Assembly (NCBI RefSeq): GCF_001194135.2
Contig: NC_068997.1
Coordinates: forward strand, 27,576,455 to 27,640,375
DNA from: Octopus bimaculoides
Lineage: Eukaryota
Reading direction: 5' to 3'
DNA: 63,921 nt
The notes beneath the pieces were generated by a model that did no database searches, was not told the DNA's origin, and was given only the letters and a program-made list of their open reading frames with translations. Position numbers and translations under genes: made by a program. Shown piece after piece: positions 52,620 through 63,921 of the stretch; the stretch's first letter is position 1; each line of letters opens with the position of its first letter.

Positions 52620-53400
52620 AACAGATATATTTACCAAAATTACATAAAAATATCTTGAAATACTAAAGAGTAAATTTATTCAATAAAATCGCCATTGGCT
52701 TCAACCACGGCTTCCAGACGACTTCGGAATCTCCTGCAACTCTTCTGGATGGTCTCCTTGTTTAAGTCGGTGAATGCTGCCATAATGCTTGCCATCAGTT
52801 CATCTTTGGTGATACAAGGAGTTTTGTTGGTCTCTCACTCAACTGCATCCTACACATAATAATCAAGGGGGTTGCAGTCTGGGGAGTAAGGTGGCCAGAT
52901 GTTAGGGGTGATGTGGTCACAGAAATTGTCTGACAGCCATGACTGAGTTCTGCTGCTTGTGTGACATGGTAAAGAGTCCTGTTGCCAGACATAGGATCTG
53001 CCAGCAGCCACCCTCTTCACCCAGGGCAGCACTACCTCCTCCAGGCACTTGATGTAGGCCTCCATGTTGAGACTGATGCTTTGCGGGAAGATGAATGGAA
53101 GCATAACATCGCATTCACTAGTGATCACTCCAAACACCATGATGTCGACTGGATATTTGATTTTTAGCACTCTCGGTTTATATCCGAAGATTGACACTCA
53201 AACACACTGAAATGTTCGCATTGGAGCTTCTAGCATGAATGCCAAACAGTACAGCATGTCATTTCCAAATTTCTGGCAGATTGAATTGTGTCATGGTGCT
53301 GTTCTTCCCACAAATAGTGCCCAACTGACCCTACCATACTGTGTAGCCAACAAAATGTGCATGTGCAAAATTAAAAATATAAAATGGCGACAATTTACCT
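52620..53400 (-). mobile_element. Second DD37D Tc1/mariner copy, internally deleted, inverted relative to the first
   Basis: ORF 52850-53197 reads IMVFGVITSECDVMLPFIFPQ...WQQDSLPCHTSSRTQSWLSDNFCDHITPNIWPPYSPDCNPLDYYV, with 37 residues between the second and third catalytic Asp. Lacks the segment equivalent to ~51680-52095. Terminus GGTAAATTGTCGCCATTTT abuts (TA)n. Confidence 0.85.
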
Positions 53401-53906
53401 ATATATATATATATATATATATATNNNNNNNNNNNNNNNNNNNNNNNNNNNNNNNNNNNNNNNNNNNNNNNNNNNNNNNNNNNNNNNNNNNNNNNNNNNN
53501 NNNNNNNNNNNNNNNNNNNNNNNNNNNNNNNNNNNNNNNNNNNNNNNNNNNNNNNNNNNNNNNNNNNNNNNNNNNNNNNNNNNAAGCTTAAACTGGATAA
53601 AGATAACTGCCACATAGTTTGTTTTGCTCTCTCCACCCCATCAATTCAAAAGTGAAATAACTAGAATATTAATTATATATATGTAATATGTAGATTAGCT
53701 GAATTAAAAAAGCAATTCAAGGCATATAAGTGTTGAAGAATAATATGCTTTATTTAATATATATATGCTTTCAATTGTTATATTAATTCACTTTATATAT
53801 TGCATTAAGTTATATTACAGAAAATCTAGCTTATGGAGCACTTGAGTGGATTCCTGCTTTAGTATGCGATGCATTCCTACATTTTATATATATATATATA
53901 TATATC

Positions 53907-53938
<32 letters not shown>

Positions 53939-54941
53939 TATACATATATATTTATGTTAGTATCATTTAGATAACTATTTTACCTCATAAAAACCAAGAC
54001 AAAAAAATTCCTTGTTAAGGACTGTATTCCTTAATTGTTTAAAGTTTATATGAAGATGTTACTCAACAAAGTAAATTTTTTTCCATTAGTGTTCAAGCTT
54101 TGAGAAAGCAGCAATTAAAATCAAGAACATGCAAGAAACAAAAAAATATACATTAAAATTCACTATTAATCTCATTAACAAAGTTTATATATATATGTGT
54201 AATTAATTTGGTTTCCTAACAAAGAAATACATGTCAATAGCACATGATTTTTTTTCTCACTCATTAAGATATTATACCCTTTCAATAAATAAAGTAACTG
54301 AATTTATTGGAAATAGTCTTATTATGGTAATAAGCTAAAAAGCAAAAAATTCATGGATAGCTATGTGATATGTGTGTGTGTGAGTGTGTGTACATATACA
54401 TATATTTAACAGCTTGTGTAATTTTATATATATATATAACCCCATAAGATAATTGTCTAGGTAATGTTTATAGAAGATTGAAAGATATTCTACTTGGAAG
54501 AGCTTTCCAGATTGTTTTAAAAATTAACTCTTCAGAACAGAGTTTAAACCATCTCTGTACCAGCTGGTAGTAAAGTTGAACTGAGCATCAGGTCATGGAC
54601 AATTCTTAGGGTAAAAATCAACATTTATGTAAGAAGATGACTAAAAAAAAAAAGTTCAATTTTAAAGTCCATCCCAAACAAATTTCATATCAAACTACCC
54701 CCTCCTTCTAAAAAAGAAAAAAAAAGGGAGAAAATGGAAGTTGAAATTGCCTTGTTACTTCATACAAGGTTAGAAAATAATAGCAACAGAATTGTTAATG
54801 GGTTTGAAAGGATTGTTAATAATACACAAAATTTAGTGTGTATGTGACAATAATGAAACCAAACTTACATTAACAGCAACATTTCATTCTGAATTACAAC
54901 TAAACAATTCAGAAAAGTCAATTATTATTATTTTTAAATGC

Positions 54942-54977
<36 letters not shown>

Positions 54978-55439
54978 CATTATCATCATCATCATCATTA
55001 TTATTATTAACATTAGTAAATTATACTTAGAAAAAAGAAATTCCTATCTCCTTTCATAATTTAATATTGAAATATATTTATAATAGGAATCATTTTTCCC
55101 CCAGAAGATAAAGGATTTAACAGAAAAATAAAGCAGATTAGAGTTCTATTTGGCATACAACTAGAAAAGTGAATCTTACGATGGCAAAACATAAAATGGA
55201 CAACTTGCTAAAATAAAAAAAATTAAAAAAATAAAAATATAGTTAAATGAAATAAAAATAAAAACATGCATTCATGCACCTTTCAGCTTAATGTCAAAAT
55301 CTAACAGTTTGGCAATCATTGAAATGTTCTGATGTTTTAAATGCATGCTAATTGCATCAAGCACATCAATTCTGTAATATAACGAAATATGGGCGAGTTC
55401 ACTGGTTATTTCAATATAATAACTGCTAATAATAGTCTA

Positions 55440-55865
55440 AAATAATAATGATAATTGCTTCTAGTTTAGGAACAAGCCCCAGAATTTTGAAACTGGAGGT
55501 TTGGTTGAATACACTGACCCCAGTACTCGATTGGTATTTTATTCTATTGACCTGGGAAGGATAAAACCCATCAAGTTGACCTTGATGGGTTTTAACTTTG
55601 AACATAAAGAGCCTGAAGAAATAATGTAAGGCATTTTTTTCTCATGCTCTATGATTTTGCCATCCACTGTTCTAATGATAACTTCTAATTTAGGCACAGG
55701 GCCATAAATTTTGAAAAGAGGGACTGACCTTAGCATTTGGCTAGTACTTTATCAACCCTGAAAGGATGAAAGGCAAGCTTGACCCTGATAAGATTTTAAC
55801 TAAGAAAATAAAAAACTGGTACAAACAGAAGGCACTTTGCCCAATGTCCTAACAACTCTGCCAAT
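55440..55865 (-). mobile_element. Two tandem family B SINE copies
   Basis: GACCCCAGTACTCGATTGGTA...AAGTTGACC and CCCTGAAAGGATGAAAGGCAAGCTTGACC. Confidence 0.7.
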
Positions 55866-57404
55866 GATAATAACTACAAACTATCCTCTTAATACATATA
55901 ACTTGGAAATTAAAAAGTAAATAGATAACTCATTAAGGAAAATGTAGTGGTAAACTTAGTTATACATTTAGTAAATTTAAATATTCAATATCCACTGTCT
56001 GCACAATATTTGTAGTACATGTGAAGGTGTCAGTGCATGCAGGTGAACATATATGTGCATGTGTATATTACATGTAAATGCTTTAACGCTAAGGAGAAAC
56101 ATTTTACCCAGCCCTTGTAGAAGAAAGAAACAAACATAACAAACAATCTTTTTAGTATTTGAATGTTGGTACCTTAAAAATAGTGAAAATTATCAGAATT
56201 CTTACTGTTTATAAACTGAAAGCTTTGGAGGCAAAAATATGCGATTCTAAAGACAGGAGAACTATAATATGAGAAATGTAATGAAAAGTAGAAATATTAA
56301 TGATGGTTTAAGGGGACACCTCTATTATAAAAGACAGTCCTTGCCTGCAACAGCATGACCAGCTAAGTCAATGATGTTAGCATTTTATCTTTAACTCAGT
56401 TCATGTAAGGCATGAAGAGAATTTGGCTTTGAGAGACCTGAAACTTGAATTAGGAAACAGAAATGAGAGATTGTGACTATGTCTTTCCTCTGGAGTAAAT
56501 GACTCCAGATGAGGAAAAAAAATTGTAACTGTAGATTCAGTTCAGTGTAAACTTACAGCCAGCTATATAATGGGGAAATTAATTTCCAGATTAAAAGCAT
56601 TATTAGACTTAATATAATAAATTACTTGAAAACCAATAAGTAACTCTAGTATTAAAATCAAAAATCTTGATAATTAACTACTTTAGTCAAAATTTTCTTT
56701 TAAACGTTACAATGATACAGAAAATTTGTTGTAACAGTAACTGTAATTCTTTTAAACACTGCAATGAAGTTACAAGGAGGAATTAGCCATTAACACACAA
56801 AATATTAACGACTCAAATATTAGCAACATCTCCACTGTTGGAAGAGATAGATTAATTTGCATCATTATTTTAATTAGCAGCTCATACAAGGTATTTTGCC
56901 ATACTGATAAAACTTTCCTCCCAATCATTTTCACTTTAGAAATGTTGAAGTCCCTATGTGAAATGGTCAGTAAAATATATGGTTTGAAATATTATAAAGG
57001 AAGAAATGGAACAAAACACACTCTTATGATACTGAGAGGAGGAGGTGGGGCAGATATCATGCAAAAACCCTTTTATGCCAATGACAACACATTGTCCCAC
57101 GGAAAAAAAAAATATTCATGCATTTACTTGAAGTATACACTTGATATAATTTTCATTTTTGGTTTTAAATGAAAAAGCAAACTTACATTGAATGGTAATC
57201 ATGAGATCGATCCAAAGTAATTACAGGTATAACTGCAGCTGAAAAGGGCAAGCCATAAATGACTGTTTTTTTTTTCTTTCATAAAATAAAAAGCATAAAA
57301 CTAAATCCTAATATTTGTTGGTCAACCGACAGCCATCTGACGCAGAATGGCTGTTTCTAAAATATTTCCAGGATTTTAAGTATAATAATATGAGGGAACC
57401 ATAC

Positions 57405-57542
57405 CTGTTTAGCCCGACCAATTTTAATATGGCTGGCACGATCATTGGGCTTTTCAAATTCTTTAGCAAAATCTGTTCCTTGAATAATTACAGTTTCCAT
57501 TTCACTGGACAAAGGTTCTGTTTCATTCGGACCCGATTTATT
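57405..57542 (-). CDS. Probable upstream internal exon (46 aa, phase 0-0): NKSGPNETEPLSSEMETVIIQGTDFAKEFEKPNDRASHIKIGRAKQ
   Basis: Acceptor tatttattacAG| at 57544-57543 and donor CAG|GTATGG at 57404. Exactly 138 nt, stop-free in frame 0 and protein-like in composition. The phase-0 donor is compatible with the phase-0 acceptor at 20734. Assignment to the GPATCH8-like gene is inferred from strand and phase only. Confidence 0.6.
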
Positions 57543-57954
57543 CTGTAATAAATATAAATTAAGTAGAAATTTATGATTTGTAAAAATTAGTAAGTTATGA
57601 TATAATAGAAGATATTTTTAAAGGTTTCCACTAGATTGTTATTTCAAATGCCTCCAGAGTCAACTTCCTTGGCACATGAGTGCAAATAATGATTAATTTT
57701 CTTCTAAAATCAGCCTTGTGTCCAGTTAGAAAGAAAATATCATAACTAACAAAATATGAAATAGAACTAAAGCAATTTCCATTAATAAAAACAAGTTTCC
57801 AAACAACTCCAAAATTTTTAAAACAATTATACTTAAGAGCTGTAGCACTGTATGTCATATGAAATAGAATTCATGTACTTAGGTATTTTAAAAAGTAATA
57901 AATAGATTGTAGAAGTTAGAGTAATGGTGTGGAGACATGATGCCTAAATCTCAT

Positions 57955-58040
57955 TGCAATAATCTTGACATATCCCACTGCTGTAATCTTGATATTCCCT
58001 GTGCTACAATCTTGACATCCACTGCCATATTCTCCACATG
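57955..58040. repeat. Degenerate ~22-24-bp repeat (AATCTTGACAT...)
   Basis: AATCTTGA occurs three times at about 23-bp spacing. Confidence 0.55.
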
Positions 58041-58299
58041 GAATTGATTGGGCTCAGACAAAAGCAACCTCTCACTTGTTATTAGCATCCATCACCTTTA
58101 CTATTGTACACCTGTGTTGTTATCCATCAATTTCTCTTTCACTCTACTACCCTCTCACACTAGTGATTATATCTACCATCACATACTTGCATCACCTATC
58201 CTGGTTCTTCTGTCAACACAACCTCTTCCATTCATCTTTGCAGAAACATTGTCTAAAGCGAGCTAACACATGGTGGTAAAGATGATGAAATGCAACCAG

Positions 58300-58590
58300 T
58301 ACAAAAAGCAGGCTTGCGAAGACCTGTTGAGGCAAGTGAAATCGAATACCGAACTAAATACGACGACTGGCACCCGTGCCAACGTCGTCTCCTTCATTGG
58401 ACACGAAACTCAGCTTACGAAGACTTATTGGGGCAAGCGAAAGCGAAATCGGCATGGCACCTGTGCCCAGTGTCGCCTTTCTGGCACTTGAGCCCGTGGC
58501 ATGTGTAAGGAATTTCGAGCAAGATTGTTGCCAGTGCCCCTGGACTGGCTCTTGTGTGGGTGGCACGTTAAACAATGATGATGATGATGA
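58300..58590 (+). mobile_element. Retroposon 3' segment with (GAT)n tail
   Basis: GC-richer segment with an internal repeat (GCTTGCGAAGACCTGTTGAGGCAAG / GCTTACGAAGACTTATTGGGGCAAG), ending GTTAAACAATGATGATGATGATGAT like tail type 2. Confidence 0.55.
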
Positions 58591-58754
58591 TATTCAAAAG
58601 AATGAAATGAAAAATAAACGCAATATGTTGATTAGAAATTTTACAAGTGTAACAGGAGATCAGTGAGATCAATACCATTATTGTTCACATGCATACACTT
58701 GTCAACACTTATTAGAAACACACAAGTTGGAAAGGGATTCCAGAAGCCTAATAT

Positions 58755-58787
<33 letters not shown>

Positions 58788-59495
58788 AGGTGCTATGGTT
58801 AACATGAGACCTGAGAAGATTGGACACAGACACACAGAAAAGCGTGTGTGTGTCTGGGTGACTAGATATACTAAAAGACAGAGTGCTTGCATAACTAAGT
58901 CAATACAGTCAAGATGCTGTTTCAGTGTTTCAATTTATATATATATATAATTTTTTCAGAATGAGATAAAAAACCAAGGCTGTGAAGATTTTAGAACATT
59001 TATAAATAGAAGATCTTACAGCTGTTTCCAGGATATTTATTATATCCCTTCATCGGAGACGGTGTGAGAAAATGGTTAAGTAATAGCTAATTTAGATAAG
59101 ATTCGAAATAGAGAGTGGAAGTCGAGGAATGAAAACAGATGTGAGATATGCAGGGATATTACATTTATAAATCCATTATTTAGGCAGAATGGTATGAAGA
59201 ATTAAGTAATTATTCTTTTTCTAAGAATAAAAGGTCGTGACAAAAGTTACTCATACTATTCCATGCGATTTCCACATTATTCAGATAAAACTGAAGCAAT
59301 TTTTATCGATTTCACATTAACTTTTTAACAGAAACACAGAAATTATATTTTAATATTCTTCACACTTAGAACAAACAGTTGAATCTGAAATATTTATGCC
59401 AAACTACTAAATAATCATCCCATTCTTGGTCTTCAAAGACATTACTCATGAATTAAAATATCTTTAAATCCAAAATGAAAATATTTAAATATAGG

Positions 59496-59696
59496 TTTCA
59501 AATTTTGGCACAAGGCCAGCAAGTTCAGGGAAGGAGAGGTAAGTCAATTACACTGACCCCAGTCCTCAACTGGTACTTATTGACCCCAAAAGGATAAAAG
59601 GCAAAGTTGACCTTGGTGGAATTTGAACTCAGAATGTAAAGATGCTGCTAAGTCTTCTGCCCAGTGTGCTAATGGTTCTGCCAACTCACAGCCTTA
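59496..59696 (-). mobile_element. Family B SINE
   Basis: Reverse-complement homolog of 24802-25000. Confidence 0.75.
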
Positions 59697-60464
59697 TATT
59701 TAGATATTATTGTAAAATGTCTGTAAATTAGAGATCCTGTTTAATCACAAAACATTTTCAACTTATTAACAGATCAATAAACTACTGTTTCAACCACAAG
59801 CATTTACCAAAGGTTAAAATTAAACTGGTGCATTGTAACTGCAATTATCTGAATAGACTTATGACATCAGAGTACATCATCTTGAAAAAGAAAATACTAC
59901 TGTCGTCGCCAGAAGTTGTTTGGCTTCTTCAAGTTTCATGAACATCTTTGTCACTTTGGCATTCAATAGCTTAGTCACTATGGAAGTTAATTGTTCAGCA
60001 GAGATGATGTAGAGGTCAGTGCTTGCATGAAGAAATTGAGGCTTAATATAACTGCATATATCAAATCACAATTTTTTCATCCAAGTTACTTCCTTACATC
60101 AAATTGTTTACAAAATATGTGCTATTCTAACCACTGTAAGCCTTCATTGGGCCAAAAGAATCATGTACATTTTGATTATTGTTAATGTGTAACTTAAGAT
60201 TTACATTTGCATGCCAATGTTTAGATATCAGTGCTACTACAGTAATTAAATTATTGATTAAATTATTTCTAGAAATTAGAAATTCAGCATGCAAACATTG
60301 TCACTAACAATATCAGTTTATAACTTTGGAATTTTTTTTTTTTTCATTTCAAACCTGGGAATAGATTGTGGTATCATTATTTCATACAATTCAAAGGAGA
60401 ATGCCCAATGCAAGCAACATAATGTCAGGGAGGCTATAATTCTGAAGACAATCTCATAGTAGTG

Positions 60465-60585
60465 GGATGCAGAGATTACAGTGGTGAGATGTAAAGATTA
60501 AAGTGGTGGAGATATAGAGATTATTGTAGCAGAATGTAGAGATTACAGCAGCAGAATATTAGAGATTACAGTGTGATAGAATGCA
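60465..60585. repeat. Degenerate ~20-22-bp repeat (AGAGATTACAGCAGCAGAATGT-like)
   Basis: AGATTA recurs about 5 times at regular spacing. Confidence 0.6.
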
Positions 60586-60643
60586 GCAAACCATTGTCCT
60601 TTGGCCCATCACAGAGAGCTGCAATGACACACAGATGTAAAAC

Positions 60644-60649
<6 letters not shown>

Positions 60650-60676
<27 letters not shown>

Positions 60677-60960
60677 AATGAAAATATTATGGCAGTGGGA
60701 TGTAGCCATTTCAGAAATAGCTTGATCTACATTGATGATCATGAACATCATCAGCATTTAACAATTATGTCCCATGCCAGCATGAGGCAAACAATTTAAC
60801 AAGATCCAATAGACCAAAGCACTGCATTGTCCTCCAGTATCTGCTTTGGCAAATTTTCTGTGGTTGGATGCCCTTCCTTATGCCAATTACTTTACAGTGT
60901 GTACTGGGTGCTTTTTTCATGTCACTAGCACTAGTAAAGTAGCCATGCAGCTTGCAAAAC
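60650..60960 (-). mobile_element. Diverged tail type 2 retroposon
   Basis: TTTGGCAAATTTTCTGTGGTTGGATGCCCTTCCTTATGCCAA resembles 63795-63835, next to (GAT)n. Confidence 0.55.
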
Positions 60961-61304
60961 TATGAATCCCAAGGGGTTAGTTGGGTTAGTTGCAGAAGTG
61001 GATGAGGAGGGTGATTTGTATGGTGGTGGGAGAAGAGAGAATTTGGTGGTAAGAAGAAGGTACCATGAGTTGATAAAATGTTAAAGATCCATTCCCTTAC
61101 ACACAAAACAAAAAATAAATACCAGTAAAAACCAATAACAGTTAAATGTTATCACATTTAGCCTTTTACAAGAATCTCAACTGCAATAGTTATGAGACTA
61201 CATATTATTTGCATTAAACAATGATATAAGCATTCACCCACGATTTTTGCTAACATTCATAATTAATGCTTCCTTTTAACAAGCAGGGGCAAATATAAAT
61301 GCAT

Positions 61305-61735
61305 GGTGGAGAGGTGCACTTCCAAACCATGTAGCTTCAGTCTTACTGTGTGGCACCTTAAGGTATCATCTACTATAGCCCCAGCCCAACCAAAAGACTT
61401 GCAAGTGGATTTGGTTGATGGAAACTGAAAAAACAAAAAAAGCCAATAGTATGTATGTGTGTATGTATGTATATATGCACATGAAATTTTTGTCTTTATA
61501 TCTGTTGATTGCTTTCATAAAAATCATGTTTGTAGAGTGTTCTAGTTGTCATTTCTCTTGTCAATAAATCACACATTTGCCCTGTGCCTTTGAAGCCCCA
61601 TGGAATAAGAGATCTCTCACTTAAAAAACAGGTAAGGGTTAAGGTCATGAAAGACATCCGACCGTAAAACAAGATACCTCTCAATAACATATTCATCTAA
61701 CCCATGCCAGGATGGAAAAACAGACAGAAAAACAA
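61305..61735 (+). mobile_element. Family A SINE head with tail type 2
   Basis: CTACTATAGCCC...GTGGATTTGGTTGATGGAAACTGAAAA head; tail ...AGGGTTAAGGTCATGAAAGACATCCGACCGTAAAAC...ACCCATGCCAGGATGGAAAA. Confidence 0.6.
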
Positions 61736-62279
61736 ATGAACAAAAGAGCTTATATCAAGAGAAATAAATGTAAGAGCTACAATAGTTGTGTAAAGATGAT
61801 GTTCATCTCAATATTTGTTTAAATAGTTTCAAGTTATGCGACATACCTTACAGAAACAGTGAAGGTGAACAGATATAACAAGCAGAGAAATACTATTAGT
61901 GGTGTAATAAACAAGACTAACATTAACTTGACTGTTTACAATACTGAGATCACCTTAAATCTTACAAGAAAGAAAGAATAAATGTAGTAATTTAACATTA
62001 TATTTTAGCAAATGAAAGAACCTGCTGAAATGTGAATTGAGGATAAATCAATGCTAAATCAATAAAATTATACAAATGGAAGTAATTCTGTATTCAGTTT
62101 TTCAACCTGACCAATATTCATATTTTCTCACACTAATCCCTCTATAAAGCCATGATGTCAACTTCAAGTGAAATTCTTGCACAAATGAAAGCAACAGAGA
62201 GCAAAACATTCGCAGTTTTATGTCACATGAAAAAATACTAAAAATATTTCAACAGACCACATCTGGAGATCAGATACTT

Positions 62280-62560
62280 GGCTGATCAGTATTCCATTAC
62301 TGATGGATGCACTTCAGCTTCTGGTCCACAAGTATGCTACCCCATCTCCCTGTCTTTTCTATTGCTATTATAATGGCTTCAGCTCTTTGGAGCTGGTTGG
62401 TCTCATGCCTTCACCACTCAGACAACCCCAACTCACTTATCTTTCCATCTCGTCACCTTTGTTTTGTCCAACCTCACTTTTCCATTATGCCCAGCTCTTT
62501 TTTCCCAGAACATTTTCCCTAATCATGTCTTTCCTGCAGGTACTGAACTGCAACAATTTA
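62280..62560 (-). mobile_element. Highly degenerate LINE (RTE-like) 3' relic
   Basis: The minus strand gives fragments resembling LGxMEGKRxRGR...RWKD; many stops. Confidence 0.35.
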
Positions 62561-63682
62561 ACTAGAATATTAATAGCATCGATTTCACTGGTTTTGGAGG
62601 ACTTATGGACTGTTTCTCCTTTGTCCTGACTCAGCAAGTGAAAGAAAAACATAAGAGATGTGAATAAAGAGACTGCCTTATCTAAAGTAATGGTTAAACT
62701 TGTTCTAATGTAGTAGGCATCAAAAGGTTAACTTGAGAAATTATGTTGTGGTGGGAAGGGAATAAAAGCAGGAAGTAGTTGACTAACATAATTCTAGTCA
62801 ATCAGCAAATACAACAGAGAAATTTGGACCTGTTTTAGCCCTTATCAAACATCTCCGGTGGGACATAGTCAACGTAGGGATGAGACAGTCTCTGGATTAA
62901 TGTACAACAGGTGTAGACAAGTAGACATATTCTCCGCTTCGCTGCTATCCACGTGGAAAAGCAATATCCAAACATATTTAATGCAAAAGCATATCTGAAG
63001 GTACATCATTTTGTACTCATCTGTTTTTACTCAGATCCATAATTTACACAATGTTCAACATTGAATTCAACACAAGAAAGTATCACTGATTTACTCATTA
63101 AAGTATCTAAACATCATTAGTTTAAGCTAATTATTTACACATGTTGGATATTTGTCCTCATCTTGTTTGTGGTTAATGTTTTGGCTGATATACCCTCCAG
63201 CCTTCATCAGATGTCTTGAGGAAATTTCGAACCTGGGTTCTCATTCCTAAGGTATTCTTCAATGTTGTTGTTATTCAGGTCACTTCCTGGAATCAAACTC
63301 GGAATCTATGATCCAGTCAATGGATCAATGTATGATCATAACCAACAAAGGCTTCAAGAACTACAACCTTGCATCCACAATATACAATTTGCACCAGTCT
63401 CATGGAAGGTACTGGTCTCTCTAGCCAGTGCTTGGAAAAACACATTATGTATAGATAAAATGTGATCTTGAAGGATGTGTGCATGTATATATATATATCC
63501 TGTTGTGTCTGGGGAGAGTCATTTTCTTTTAGTGCCTTATAATTTAACACACTTATAAGACACAAAAAGAAAATGACTCCCCAGATACAACAGAATATGC
63601 TTCAACACACGAACTCACATAAAGAATCTTGCAAACCAAATCCCCAAACGAAATATATATCTATATATATATCTATATCTAT

Positions 63683-63921
63683 ATCATCATCATCATCATC
63701 GTCGTTTAACGTCCGCTTTCCATGCTAGCATGGGTTGGACGATTTGACTGAGGACTGGTGAAACCGGATGGCAACACCAGGCTCCAATCTAATTTGGCAG
63801 AGTTTCTACAGCTGGATGCCCTTCCTAACGCCAACCACTCAGAGAGTGTAGTGGGTGCTTTTACGTGTCACCCGCACGAAAACGGCCACGCTCGAAATGG
63901 TGTCTTTTATGTGCCACCCGC
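63683..63921 (-). mobile_element. Young tail type 2 SINE/LINE 3' end, running off the window
   Basis: (CAT)n CGTTTAACGTCCGCTTTCCATGCTAGCATGGGTTGG...GGATGCCCTTCCTAACGCCAACC. Confidence 0.75.

Noticed and set aside
56400-56428. Acceptor followed by SLKAKFSSC, superficially like the DLRANFYC zinc-finger start
   Set aside because: Stop after 11 codons and no CxxC or HxxxH.
56485-56517. Small hairpins (also 9926-9948 and 7900-7918)
   Set aside because: Stems of 6-12 bp are expected by chance in 64 kb, and none has terminator, Helitron or miRNA context.

Overview
AT-rich, microsatellite-dense eukaryotic scaffold with nine N-gaps. The SINE families and repeat content look like an octopod (Octopus-like) genome; this is inferred from recognition, not a database hit. 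The main feature is the 3' part of a minus-strand GPATCH8/ZNF804-family gene: a ~4 kb terminal exon (14019-18070) with the family motif WPxEMxxxTKxxPxIxYSCNPLxFDF, a Lys-rich region, an RS domain and a His/Ala/Gln/Pro-rich tail; a 1433-nt low-complexity exon (19302-20734) whose splice phase matches; and a probable 138-nt exon (57405-57542) beyond a ~36.7 kb intron. The G-patch and C2H2 zinc-finger exons were not found and probably lie beyond the right edge or in gaps. The rest is intron or intergenic DNA containing a short LTR element with a tRNA-Trp PBS, DD37D (maT-type) Tc1/mariner relics including an inverted pair, many tRNA-derived SINEs, LINE relics, minisatellites and a 288-bp spacerless palindrome. 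No rRNA, genuine tRNA or CRISPR array is supported. I found no clearly new biological system. The best leads are the palindrome and other dsRNA-forming structures in the intron, the TRIM-like LTR element with a duplicated PBS, and candidate poison exons.
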